Source of the DNA: Rhina ancylostomus
Lineage: Eukaryota
NCBI GenBank assembly: GCA_030265395.1
Contig: JARFYF010000119.1
Span: forward strand, 6,977,222 to 7,041,221
Length of the DNA stretch: 64,000 nucleotides
Reading direction: 5' to 3'
Shown one piece after another: positions 25,857 through 38,785 of the stretch. Position 1 is the first letter of the stretch. Each line of letters begins with the position of its first letter. The notes below the pieces were generated by a model, which was not told the DNA's origin, did not search any database, and saw only the letters and a program-made list of their open reading frames with translations. The translations under genes and the position numbers were made by a program.

Positions 25857-25996
25857 GGAATGATTTAAACTTGACAAAGGTTCCTCGAGCACAGACCTTC
25901 CCTAGCTACATCTCAGAACAGAGTCATGAGCACCAACACTTATTATCTCCATCTAGTGGCTATGGATCAAGCTATAGCTCTGGGCTGGCCCAGTGA
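25857..25996 (+). CDS. DOK6: Docking protein 6, terminal coding exon
   Basis: Pyrimidine tract and acceptor ttgtttctttttttctcccctacag|GG, phase 1. Translates (G)NDLNLTKVPRAQTFPSYISEQSHEHQHLLSPSSGYGSSYSSGLAQ*, matching the recalled DOK6 C-terminus (G..KMSRAQTFPSYAPEQSEE..LSRSSSYGFSYSSSLIQ). Convergent with CD226 as in mammals. Confidence 0.92.
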
Positions 25997-27165
25997 TGTG
26001 CACCGAACAATGGGAGGAGTCACTGTGAGCTGGGCCATGTGTACTGAGAGAAGCCTGAATGGGTAACAGTGAGAGGGCAAGGACTAAATACAGGTGAAAC
26101 AAAACAAGACTTGGATGGCTTTTGCTGTACTTGAAGCATTCAGGTGATAGACTGAATATTCATAGGCTTAAAAATACATCTTTTTTTAATATTAATTGGC
26201 TCCCACCTGCTGATAACTACATACCTCCTTGGGAAATAGAGTTTGATGTATAAAAAATGCAATGTAGAGTATTTTTAAAATCCAGCTGCTGTAAAACATA
26301 GCTTCTGTGTGTAAAACACAATTGTTTGGATAGGTCTAAAAGTGATTGAGTCAAATTGTCTGTGTCTGCGACAACTGTCAAACAATGCTTCTGTTTCTAA
26401 TACTAATTCAGGTATTGCTTTCAGATCTGCTCGGCAGTTATTCCCATATATCAAATAGTTTTTCTAGGAAAAAAATTACCCAGGACTATTTTTTTTCAAC
26501 ATCAGGTTGCAGTGTTGTTTGATGCTATCTATTTTGTTTATTAAGGTGAATTTTCCCTGATGAATAAGGGCTCAATGGTTCAAGTTTGCTGAGAGTTTAC
26601 TGTGTCCAGGGAAAGGGTGGTGAGGGGTGATGGTGGGTAATGGGGAATAAGTGAGCAGTTTCCACAGGTTGAATGTGAATTATCTAAGTGGTTTTAAGCT
26701 TGGAACAGTTGACAACTACACAAATGAAGAACAAAAGAAGTAAGTCAATTGATAATTCACCTGATGACAAATGAAAATACATCCTTAATCTGAGTGCAGT
26801 ACTGTGTCTGGCAAATGTTGGAAAAGCTCTGATCAGAAATGTAGTGTCTTTGTAACCAAAGGTCGTTACATGTTCTCATTAGGAGAGATTTTTTACTTCA
26901 ACACTGGCTTTTGAGTAACTGCATCTTTCATCCAATTGGACAGAGAACGTGTAAGCTCTTTCACTGAGGAATTTGTTGGCAATGTGAAAAATGTGCAATA
27001 TTTACCAACATGCATTTTCTTGTGGAACTGGCACCTTAACTAGCCGAGTATTTCAACTTGTGCCAACTTGAAGTTACCTTAAGACCTAAAATATCAAATT
27101 CTGTGAACTAGAGCTAAAAATACTACTGCTGAAGAGCAACTTATTTATAGTGTGTTGGCAATAAA
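25997..27165 (+). other. DOK6: Probable proximal 3' UTR of DOK6 (end uncertain)
   Basis: Sequence after the stop codon in which I recognised no repeats. An AATAAA lies near 27160 but overlaps a Penelope-derived fragment, so the real end may be elsewhere. Confidence 0.4.
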
Positions 27166-27365
27166 ACAGAAGCATAAAATTCTGGCATACCCAACAGTTC
27201 AAACAGCAACTGCAGGTAGAACCAACAAATTAGTTTTGATTAAGTGGCTGCACCCAAAACGTCAACCATGCCGCTTCTCTCCATTGATGCTGCCTGAACT
27301 GCTGAGTGTTTCCACCTTCCACTGTTTCTGACTCAGATTTCCAGGATCTGCAATAATTTGCTCCT
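27160..27365. mobile_element. Penelope-derived inverted pLTR element, old
   Basis: Left arm aaaattctggcatacccaacagttcaaacagcaactgca, right arm gatgctgcctgaactgctgagtgtttcca..tcagatttccagg; decayed hammerhead-like core at about 27231-27266. Confidence 0.6.
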
Positions 27366-28055
27366 TGTCTATACTGGGCTTGATCATTATCAATCCGACC
27401 CAGAGCTGCAGTCAGCCCAACACGAATCTGCAGTTGCAGTTACCTGCTGGGGCCTGCTGTCCATCACCCTCACTACTGTCAAAGGCATTTTCACTATTTT
27501 TATCTGTCCGTAACTTCCAGAAATATTTAAAATCAAATTGAATGGATTGATTTTTTTACATTCATCCTTCAAAAATAATGAATTTAGTTCAATTACATTA
27601 AACTATGGTAAATTAATTTGAAAATATACAAAATGAAATAAAGATAAGTCAACAAAAAGCTTAATTTGAATTTACTTTCTTTATTGACCCTATTGAAATG
27701 AAAGTGGTCACTGCCTAGACAGCAGTTTTGGCTGGCATGAAGCTGAGAGGCCAAATGTGAAGTGTATCTGGCTTCTGGACTCCACAGTGAGTCCAGTAGC
27801 AGAGTGGACAGCAGTCAACTTACAGCATGCTTCCAACTTCCATTTTGCCATGTGCAGATGTGGAAGCCAATGACACACTGAACAATGGAGGGTGGAGCTC
27901 AGCCATGTACCTGCATCACTAATGCTAGCAGTGATTGGCTATCAACAATCCCTCCTGAACGCATGTAGTGACTTTTGTTTATAGGAATGTGCACTGCTGC
28001 ACCTACATTAGTTGAAAAGAACTGAATTTAAGGATTTACAAGATGGCCTGGAAGA

Positions 28056-28264
28056 CGGAGACACAAGAGACTGCATATGCTGGAATTTGGAGCAATAAAC
28101 AAACTGCTAGAGAAGCTCAATGGGTCAGGCAGTATCTGTCAAGAGAAATGGACAGTAGACCCTTCATCTGGATTCTGATGAAGAATCTTGATCTGAAACA
28201 TTGACTGTCCATTTCCCTGTACAGATGCTGCCTGACCCATTGAGTTCCTCCAGCAGTTTGCTTG
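28056..28264. mobile_element. Penelope-derived fold-back element with 12-bp TSD
   Basis: 60-bp inverted arms (28097-28156 and 28204-28263, 52/60 matching), flanked by direct repeats tggcctggaaga (28044-28055, 28265-28276); CTGATGA..GAAAC between the arms. Confidence 0.85.
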
Positions 28265-29029
28265 TGGCCTGGAAGATGCTTAGTTCAGGTCACATTTGAT
28301 ATAAATAAACATACAGGCCACACCTCCTCACTTCACATATCAGATCACAATTAAAATTTAAATATTCATTATAACATTAAGTTTGATGTAAAACAATCAA
28401 AGAACCAAGGAATTCCTGATATTTTTACACTGCAACTGTACGAGAACATTCTACAAAGCAACTTCCCAAATCAAAATCTTGCCCTCGGTGACTGGCTCTT
28501 GTTTTTCTATGGCATACCCTGGTGGGGAACTAATATTTTCAGAATTAATGTATCAGACTCTTTTCTGGAGTATCCAGTGAGAAAAATTAATGTTACCACA
28601 TGAGAATTCATTTTGTAGTCAGTCTTCACAGTTCATGCTAATTGACTGAACTAGATTCTTAGGTGGCCTGAACAAGTGAACTGCAAAAACATTTTACCTG
28701 TTTCAAGAACCATGACTTGTGTAATCAAGCTTTGAAACTCATAATTTCCTTTTATGCCAGCAAGCTTAGTCACTGCTGGTAAAGCAAAAGACAATTGGAG
28801 AGTTTAAAGGTTTATGATATAGTTGGGATCACTTTAATTTACAAACTAGGCCAAAGTCTCAGTATTTCACTAAAGATTTTGGAGTGAGTATCCCATCAGA
28901 GTGGACAATGGGCCATTGTGTAAATTCTAATTGATCTGATATCCCCCTATGACAGGAAGAAGGGAGAGGGTATCCTGGATTATGAGCAGGGGACTATCAA
29001 GAGTCCTGATTTAGTTTCAGACTGGGCAA

Positions 29030-30230
29030 CGGAAAGAAATAAAGTGAGGATTTGTTAAGAGAAGGTTTATCTGACTAACCTGATAAAATTCTTTGGGGAG
29101 GTAATAGGCACAATCAATGAGAGCAATCTATTTGATGTCGGCTCTGTGAATTTTAACAAGACTTTTGACAAAGTTCCAAAAGGCAGACAAGTCAATAAAC
29201 TGAAAGCAAAAAGGATCCAAGGGAAAATGGCAAAATGGGTCCACAACTGGCTCAGCAACAAGAAACAAGGATAAATGTTTGACGGGTGTCTTTGAATGGG
29301 GAGCCTGTTACATGTAGGGTTGCACTGGGCTCAGTTCTCCATCTTTTGCTGCTTGCTACATATAAAAGCCATTTAAGACATATATGTAGCTAACATGATA
29401 ACAAAGTTTGCAGGTGATACAAAAGTTGGCCATGTGTAGACTGCAGGAAACTGCAGATGGTTTGGCCAGGTGAGTACATAAAAAGGTAAATGAATTTAAT
29501 CCAGAGGATTGTGAGGCAATGCACTGGCAAGGTGCAACTAGGCAACCAAGAGAATATTGAGCGGTATGAAGAAACAGAAGGGTTTTGGAGTGTATGCACA
29601 CAAATCATTTAAAGTGCAGAACATGTCAATAAAGTTGAAGAGGCAAACAGAATGCTTTCCTTTATTAGCCAAAGGTGAGAATATAAAATCATGGAGGTTA
29701 TGCTTGAACTGTACATGAAGCCAGTGAGACCACAGATTGAGTACTGCATAAATTCTGGTCACCACATTACAGGAAAGATGTGATTTGCTGGAGAAAGTGT
29801 AGAAGAGATTTACAAAGGTGTTTCCAGGACTTGTAAATTGTGGCCATGAACAAAGATGGGATAGTCTGGGGCTGTTTCTTTGGAAGAGAGGAGTCTGAGG
29901 GAAGACTTAACTGAGGAGTATAACATTACAGGTAGCATAGATAGAGTGAGGGAGCATAACGTATTTGGCAGTAGAATTAGAATACAGATGAGCATTTTAT
30001 TTTTCACCCAGAGGATGGTAGTGGCCTTAAACTCACTGACTGAAAGAGAGGTACAGGCAGAAAACTTTAGTGCATTTAAATACTTATTTTAAAACAGTCA
30101 TTGAAAAGTCATGATGTGTGGGGCTGCAGGGCAAGTGCCAGATGATGGGATTAGACTGGAAGCTTTTTTTTTGACCGGTGCAGATAAAATGGGCCAAATC
30201 ACACGTTTTCTATAATTCTAGGATTATCTG
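29030..30230 (+). mobile_element. CR1 LINE, RT to 3' end, decayed
   Basis: LTNLIKFFGEV, FNKTFDKVP, WVHNWLSN, KFAGDTKVG, RPQIEYC motifs. Confidence 0.9.
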
Positions 30231-30584
30231 CAGTNNNNNNNNNNNNNNNNNNNNNNNNNNNNNNNNNNNNNNNNNNNNNNNNNNNNNNNNNNNNNNNNNN
30301 NNNNNNNNNNNNNNNNNNNNNNNNNNNNNNNNNNCAGGACCTGACATCAAGTATCAACAAAAAGCCCACAGTTATCCAGTCAACAATCTAAGTATAGGGG
30401 AAAATAGAAACTATCCAGTATAAATGCTCCTGCTGGCAAAAGTGAAGCAGACATTTGTCATCAATAAATAATAGCCTGAGATAGTATATTCTGGACTTGT
30501 TTAGAAGTAAGTTCACAACATGGTAAATATGAAAATGCAAACAGTGAAATATCTGGTAGGTTCCAATACAATAAATTGGAGTAT

Positions 30585-32280
30585 CCTCACCTTAAGGCAT
30601 CAGGATATCACCAGTACCTGTTGTCCATTCTCAAATGCCATTGAGGGGTTGCTGGAGAGCCATATTCTTGAATGTAGTAGTCCATCTGGTGAAGGTTCTC
30701 CCATGGTGCTGTTGGGAAGGGACTCTGGGATTTAGACCCAGCAGCGATGAAGGAACAGTGATGTACTTCCAGATCAGGTTGGTACGCAGCTTGGAGGGGA
30801 ACATGCAGCTGGTGGTGATGCTATATTCCTGCTGCCCTTGTCCTCCTTGGCACTAGAGGTTGCAGACTTGGAAAGCACTGTAAGAGTGGGTTAGTAGAGA
30901 GCCACAGTGTATCGCTAGTGAAAGAAATGAATGCTGAGTGGTATATGGGATACCAGTCAAGTGGGCTGCTCGATCCAGAATGGTGTCAAGCTTTGTAAAA
31001 ATTGTTGGTGCACCACTCATTCAGGCAAATGGAGATTATTCCATTTCTCCTCTGACTTGCACCTTGTGAATGATGGGAAGGCTTTTGGGTGTCAGGAGGT
31101 GAGTTATGTGCAGCAGGATACCCAGCCTCTGAGCTGCTGTCAAAGCCAGGCATTTATTTGGCCAGTCCAGTTGAGTTTCTGAGCAATGGTAATCACCAGG
31201 ATATTGATAAGTGGGGGACTTGACAATGGTGATGTCACTGAATGTCAAAAAGTAGTGATTAAGTCTCTTTCTTAGTTGGAGATGGTCATTGTCTGGCATT
31301 TTTGTGGCACAGATGTTACTTGCAACCTAACAGCTCATGTCTAAATGTCATTCAGGTCTTGCTCCACGTGGGCACAGACTGTTTCTCATTGAGGAGTTGG
31401 GAATGGAATTGGACATTGTGCAATCATCAGCAAACATCTCTGTCTCTGACCTTATGATGGAAGGGAGGTTATGAAAAAGCAGCTGAAGGTGATTAGTCCC
31501 AAGACACTACCCTGAGGAACTCCTCTGGGATAATTGGCCTCGAACATCCACAACTGTCTTCCTTTGTGTTAGGAATGACTCCCACTAGTGGAGTATTTGC
31601 ACCATGATGCCAATCGACCTCACTTTTACCATGGCTTCTTGATGCCACAGTCAGTGAAATGGTGCCTGGATGTCGTGTTGTCACTGTCACCTTGCCTCAC
31701 CCCTAGAGTTCAGCTCCTTGCTCCATGTTTGGACTGAGAGTATGATGAGGTTTGGAACTGAGCGGTGAAATCCAAACTGGATATTAATGAATAGGCTTCT
31801 GGTGAGTAAGTGTCACTTTATGGCACTCTCAACAACAACTTCCATCGCTTTGCTGATGATTGAGAGTGGACTGATGAAGCACTAATTAGCTGGATTGGAT
31901 TGACCCTGCATTTTGTGAATGTGACCTATCTGGGCAATCTTCCACATTATCAAGTAGATGGCTGCGTTGTAATCATACTGGAACAACTTGGTTAGTGGTA
32001 ATATTCATTCTGGAGTTGCGGGTACTCAGTGCTATAGCTGGGGTGCTGTTTGGTACCATAGCCTTTGCTGTATCCAGTGTTCTCAGCTGTTTCCAATATG
32101 TGAAGTGAATCAAATTGGCTGAAGACTGACTGCTGTGATGGTGGGGATCTCAGGAAGAAGTTGAAATGGATCATTTGCTTTGTACTTCAGTTTGAACATG
32201 GTTGTGAGTGCCTCAGTCTTGAACTTAGCATTCAGCCCCATTAGCTGTTTAATTGTCCACCACCATTCACAACTAGTTGG
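30585..32280 (-). mobile_element. CR1-clade LINE (second family), RT plus 3' end
   Basis: Minus strand encodes GVPQGSVLGLITFSC and LPSIIRSETEMFADDCTM (RT core), then IHKVQVRGEME; 3' end shared with 51810-52325. Confidence 0.88.
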
Positions 32281-32329
32281 TACTTTCTGAGCCCTTAGGG
32301 GAGGTGGGTATGGGATATCTATTCCTATT

Positions 32330-32610
32330 CAACCCACTGAGTCAACGCCAGCCCAAAGAGTAGTCCCATTCCTTCATTAATTTTCCTTGCAACCTATTAT
32401 CTACATGTTTCCATCTTAGCCACACTAGGAGCAATTTACAATGGGCAATTAACCCACCAACCTGCATGTCTTTGGGATGTGGGAGAAAACTGTAGCACCC
32501 AGAGGAAATACAAGCAGTCGCAGGGTGAACATGCAAACTCCACACAGACAGCTCCGGAGGTCAGGATTGAACCCTGGTCACTGGAACTGTGAGGCAGCAG
32601 GTCCACTGGC
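32330..32610 (-). mobile_element. V-SINE copy
   Basis: catgtctttgggatgtgggagaaaactgtagcacccagaggaaa..caaactccacacagacagc..ggattgaaccctggtc..gaggcagcag. Confidence 0.85.
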
Positions 32611-33229
32611 CCAGCTGTAGAGTTTCCATCTAGTCCTTTGGTTGTGAAATCACTTAACTCTGTCTATGCCTACCACTTTTGCTTTATAGCATGTATGTCT
32701 ATGGTGTTGATGTCCCAGTGTTGATCACAGAGTATTAAAATGTTGAAATGTGTTCAATCAAACCAGCAAAGCTGCTTGAGTCTACCAAAAACAATGTATC
32801 CAGGGTAGCAAGGGAGCCTCATTTCAGAACTTAGAAACAGCTGTTTCAGAGCAATGCATGGTCAATCATGAATATCCTGTTTAAGAACCAGAGGAGAAAT
32901 AAACATTACAAAATAATCCTAGATGGATTCACAAGAAACAAACATATCCATTTCTAGTTAGATGGAAATGTAAGAGCTCCAATAGGAACTGAGCAAATTG
33001 TGACTGCCAACTACTGCTCAACAATTTGCCAATAAACTGGAAAGGGAAATTGTGTCCAAAGACAGGACAAGTGCAGTGGAAAATGTATTAAGATCAACAG
33101 CAGAATTTTTTTAACATTTGAAGAGCAGGAGGTAATGATAAATTGAAGATGGATAAAATTATTTCCACATAATCTTTGAAAATCTTCTTCAAGTACAAGA
33201 GGAGGTAGTTACTTTTAAAGTGGAAGTAG

Positions 33230-33400
33230 TCCTGTTAAGCAGATTAATGCAGCCTCCAGTTTGCACACAAGACTCCACAAACAGCAATTGAGCAGATAGT
33301 TTGAGGGAATATTGACCAGAACATTGGGCACACTCAAATATTGGTATGGGATCTTTTACATCCAACAGGTGAGGCCTTGGTTCAACAAATCAAGTGAAAG
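33230..33400 (-). mobile_element. Deu-domain SINE fragment
   Basis: tttgcacacaagactccacaaacagcaat..ttgagggaatattgaccagaac..atgggatcttttacatcca. Confidence 0.7.
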
Positions 33401-35965
33401 AGGGAAGTGAGGACAGGTGAAGTTCAAAGAGAAAGAAATGCAAAAGTCAGTAGGAAAAAGCAAGGAAAAGAACTAAAGCGACGATGCGGAGAAATGGAAG
33501 CTGGAATCAAACAAAATGATCACAATTGCAAAATTTAAATTTCTCATGAGGAAATTAAAATGGTAAGCCACAGCAGAAATAAGGTACTCTGATTTGCATG
33601 GTAGTGAAGTTGTGATACAATAACTGTTGTGAGAACCCATGCAAGGACACTAATTTTCCTGTCTCTTTTCTTAGGAAAATCTATTTGACTCTGTAGGAGA
33701 GATAGTCCGTATACCAATGCTGAAGCTGCTTACAGAGATTGCAGATGTCTGTTAGCTAAAGACACTGGGGGGGGGGGGGGGGGCCCCCCGGCACAGAATG
33801 AGTAGAAATCTCTTGACCGTTTGGAAGAAGAAATGATAATGGGAAAATCCAGATAAATGAAAGAAGTGGATGTTTGAACACATTGTCAAAAAGAGAGGTT
33901 GTAGGAATGAGTGCAGACTGCAGAATTGTAACATTTGTTTCCCATGCTAACAAGGTACCAAGGTAAGTCAATTAAAATGCTGAGGAAGCAGATCCAATAG
34001 TCATCTTCAAATGCAGATAAGCCTCCTCAAGAACCTCTGTGACAAATAGAATACAACATTAAGAACACTTTGTGTACTTGATGCAGAAATCTGGATTGAC
34101 AAAAATCATGCAATTTGGAACTATGTTCCCAGATGTTTGAGTCATGTTTGTGAAGGGAGCGTAAGACCAGAAACAGAATATTTGCATTCTGATTTGTGCA
34201 GGTAAAAGCTGAAAGTAAGAGTGGCAGCTACAAGGGGGCAGACTGACTATGTCAAAGCAGGGGCTAAAGGGCCAAATAGTGATGGTTAGATCTTCCTCTG
34301 GGTCCTTTACCTCAAATCTTTACATCATAACTTTTTTGAAGTGGGAGCTGATAACTTCATCATGAGAGCAAGAGGGTGCAGCTGTGAGCTAAGTGAATCA
34401 ACAGTCTATTTCCTTAACGGGTGAGATTTCAAGACTCAGGAAAGAAATGGAAACAGGACGGAGAGGATTGAGAATCAAAGTAGAGGAAAAATCATGTAGA
34501 GATAGAGAAAAAGAGAAGGAAAGGTAAAATATGAAAAAAATGAGATTTTAAGTTTGAGGTTTTTAATATCTCCTGTAACAATTGATTACATGCAAAAATG
34601 AAGCTGAATTGTTTACATTGTTTCCTCTTAGGGTCAAAGATGATTGGCTGTGTTAACACTTATTGCGTCATTAACAGCATCCTTGCACTTTTAATTACCA
34701 CGTCTGTCTGTAGCAAATTTAATGGACAATTAAAATGCAAATCCAGCAAATTCTTAAAAGTAAAAGGATGGCTAAGGGTGAGATGTTAATGTGCGAGTCA
34801 ACTGGCAGGGCTATGTAAATTAACCAGCACATTCAAGAGTTTCATGATGCATGGAATATCTCTTTCCCCCCTTACATTTATTCACTGAAACTATTCTTCA
34901 TTTCACCAGCAAGATCTTCCCGGTGTTACTTAGCATGACACTGGTTGGAATTAACATAAAATAAAGGATCAAGTCACTCTTAGTGAACCTTCCAGCTACC
35001 CTAAAACTACAGAAAAAAAACACCGAAGAGGTGTTTAAGCTTGAGGGAACATTGAGAAAAGAAAGTAAGGAAAAGAATCTCATTATTTAAGCATCATGAC
35101 TGAGGGACAGGAGGTCATGAAGACAATTAAACAAGGAGCATGAAAGTAGCATAGAAGATGGAAGTGGAGATGAAAGGAAGTCACACTGGGAACGGTAACA
35201 GTACACCACTAGGTCTTTTGGNNNNNNNNNNNNNNNNNNNNNNNNNNNNNNNNNNNNNNNNNNNNNNNNNNNNNNNNNNNNNNNNNNNNNNNNNNNNNNN
35301 NNNNNNNNNNNNNNNNNNNNNNNNNNNNNNNNNNNNNNNNNNNNNNNNNNNNNNNNNNNNNNNNNNNNNNNNNNNNNNNNNNNNNNNNNNNNNNNNNNNN
35401 NNNNNNNNNNNNNNNNNNNNNNNNNNNNNNNNNNNNNNNNNNNNNNNNNNNNNNNNNNNNNNNNNNNNNNNNNNNNNNNNNNNNNNNNNNNNNNNNNNNN
35501 NNNNNNNNNNNNNNNNNNNNNNNNNNNNNNNNNNNNNNNNNNNNNNNNNNNNNNNNNNNNNNNNNNNNNNNNNNNNNNNNNNNNNNNNNNNNNNNNNNNN
35601 NNNNNNNNNNNNNNNNNNNNNNNNNNNNNNNNNNNNNNNNNNNNNNNNNNNNNNNNNNNNNNNNNNNNNNNNNNNNNNNNNNNNNNTGCAAGTTGTTGAT
35701 TTTGTTGCTATTGAAAAGATCTGCCAGTCGTCCTCTGACTTTATCATCGTAAGTTAAAACAATGGAGTGATTATCATTTGCCAAAGTTGTATCACCTAAC
35801 TCACATGACCCTGGAGTCACCCAGTAAAAGTTGATAGTCATCTTGACTAGATAAGAAGGTCATGAGGACAACTCATGTAACTTCCTGGAGTCAAGGCAAT
35901 CTCTACTTCAGCAAATACAAAAGCCACAAGGGTACCTGGAATACTCAATGTAACCCAAGCCTCAC

Positions 35966-36165
35966 AATGTGCGTGGAATGGGTTGCCGGAAATGGTGGTG
36001 GAGGTGGATGTGATAGGGTTTTTCAAGAAACTGCTAGATAGGTACATGGAGCTAAGTAAAATAGAGGGCTATGGGCAAGCAGAGTAATTTCTAGGGTAGG
36101 GACATGTTTGGCACTGCTTTGTGGGCCGAAGGGCCTGAATTGTGCTGTAGTTTTTCTATGTTCTA
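35966..36165 (+). mobile_element. Young CR1 3' end
   Basis: gcgtggaatgggttgccgg..ctagataggtacatgga..gtgggccgaagggcctgaattgtgctgtagtttttctatgttcta. Confidence 0.85.
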
Positions 36166-38004
36166 ATTTATGAAGAAATTAATCAACAAACAAAGAAAGC
36201 CTGACAGCTGGAAATCTGCAGAGGTAATGCTCAATGTTCTTGATTGGGTGTTGTCAATGAACTAAAGATTGTGGGAATCAGTGTAATTCTGAATGGCTTT
36301 TTTTGGTGTACTTGTGGATGGAAAAAATGGTCATTTTCTCATGATGTAGTTGAAGAGCTTGGGCACTACCCAGCCAAAGATTATTTTCGGGGTCAGGCAT
36401 CTTAATTCTACCACTATGAGCTGGTGATCTCTCTCTTTGGTACTTGCCATGTGTGGTTCTAGTGAGTTGGGAATGATTTCTGTGAAGGTAAAAACATGCT
36501 AAAACGTTTGATTTCCTCCTAACAGAAGAGAGAGCAAGAATAGATCCATTTCTTTATCTAAAGCTCATCAAATAGCTGACATAGTGTGCAAACAAAGATT
36601 TAAAAAAAGATGGGAGAAATCTGCCTTGAGCACTTGCAGATCCATAATTGATACATGAGGAATACACTGAGTATTGAACTAATCATATGATTAACATTAC
36701 TTATAAAGTTATGCAACTTTTATCATTGATACTATTGCAGAAAAGTCATTGCTCCAAGGATTAATGTTGAATTGAAATTTTCTCTTACGGCTCTTCTGTA
36801 TGCTAACTAATCTGCAAAGCCTTACTGAAAGAGGCTCCAGCTGAGTTTCTTAAATCCATTGTCAAGACCTTCAAAATCTTATCTTAATATGCCTATGCCA
36901 GGAATCTATCTGAAGAAGCCGGTGGCATTTATAAAGTTACAAAAATTGCAGTTNNNNNNNNNNNNNNNNNNNNNNNNNNNNNNNNNNNNNNNNNNNNNNN
37001 NNNNNNNNNNNNNNNNNNNNNNNNNNNNNNNNNNNNNNNNNNNNNNNNNNNNNNNNNNNNNNNNNNNNNNNNNNNNNNNNNNNNNNNNNNNNNNNNNGTG
37101 TATGGAGACTGATCTATCCCCTTCCCGCTGCAGTGTGAACCCATTTGTCTAATCACCTGGTAGTTTAATTTTCATAAACGGTATCACACTGTTACCATTA
37201 GGTAAATGCAAAAATTTAAAATTATCAGCATTCTGTTTCCCTGCAAAGGCATGAGTGGTTGGAAAATGTAAAAAAAAGAAATTAAGATAGCAGTATTTGG
37301 GACAGTCTCTTTCATAAAACAGAGGATAATTATCCCCAGCAAATTTGTTTGAGAGAATTGCTCAAAAGCCAAAACAATATTGTGAATATTGATTACTGAA
37401 CTTACATTTTTCAGAGAACTTTATTAGAACTAATATGTACATTTGGCCTTGAGACTGCATGTAATTATTGGTGTGTGGGGTGTGGGAATCTTCAGCATCA
37501 GTGTTAGATCAGTATTGCATGTTTGAAACAATGTCAGGTCTTGGTGATGATTTATATTTCCTTTCCTTCTATTGGATACCTTAGAATTTTCAGTGTTGTC
37601 CTAATTGTATATTAATATATTCCTGATTTCTATATGTGAGGGAGCAAAAACTGATTCCTACAATATTGTTGCAATATTCAGAATTATGATACTCCAGCAT
37701 GTCATTGAATGTGGTGTGGCTTTGACCTGGTTAGAATGGAAATTAATGTGAAATGATACATTTTTACAAAGGAAGGGGTTCATGATGGAAGACAATGAAT
37801 TTTGCTTCAGTCAATTGGCTTGCTTTTACTGACAACAGTAAAGAAAATTGTACAGAACATTCTCAAATTGAATTATTCAGCTCAGAAACAATTGGAAAAG
37901 ATACACAATGCAACTAGTTACCCTAGATTTTGATCTAATAATGGATTGAAATGCAATGGAGGTTAGATATTGGCAATCTGGATAGTTGCAATTAAAGATA
38001 AACA

Positions 38005-38170
38005 GAAAGACTTGCATTTATATAGCAGCACTCCTAACCTCAGTATATCCTAAGGCACTTTACAGACCATTCACAAGCAGCTGTGTGGTAATCATCAGAT
38101 TATCTGTTTTAATGAGTGTTGACTCATTAACCATTAACTAGGGCACTATGGATAATGCCTTTGCAGTTTA
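38005..38170 (-). mobile_element. Deu-domain SINE 3' fragment (L2-like tail)
   Basis: acttgcatttatatagc..aaggcactttacag..cagattatctgtttt. Confidence 0.6.
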
Positions 38171-38619
38171 CTACTATTTACAACAAAATAGAGCATATAG
38201 GGTATCAAAGCTTTAACAGCAATGATCCTTTCAAAATCTCAACTGATAAATGATTTGTTGCCCCATCTCCAGCACATCTCATCTTGTCCAGATGGCTTTA
38301 ATACATTAAATGCAGCCATGCCCAAATCAGTTCCACTTAGAGATCCTGAAACTGATGCAGTGAGTAGTAATGCTGTTTAATCTGCTTTCTGAAGTACTTT
38401 ATCCAACCCTTTCATTGTCCCAGTGCTGATCCATTATAGAGGCAGAGTGTAGGCAGTGCCAGTCACAGGAGTTTACTGAAAGATTCACCTGCCTTTGAAA
38501 TTGTGCTGAGAAAGCAATTGGGCCAAGACATATGAGTAAATAGAAACTTTGGGGATATGGTGTTTCTTATCCATTTAATGCCAGACAGATTAAACGGGGG
38601 AGTGTCAGTGGCAGCCTGT

Positions 38620-38785
38620 CCAATTTCTTTCCTAAACCCCTCCATCTCTCAACCTCTCTCTTCCTTAAATTCTACCTCTTTGACTAAACTAAATATTTTG
38701 TTTAGCTTTGGTGTCAAATGTTGCTCTTGTGTAGCACCTTAGGATATTCAATACATTAGAAGTGATATATAAATGCAAGTTGTTG
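38620..38785 (+). mobile_element. L2 LINE 3' end
   Basis: ttcctaaacccctccatctctc..ctacctctttgac..gcaccttaggatatt..atataaatgcaagttgttg; homologous to 21490-21690. Confidence 0.65.

Noticed and set aside
33767-33789. G17C6 run, and a poly-G run near 56030
   Set aside because: Simple homopolymers, possibly sequencing or gap-fill artefacts; no supporting context for function.
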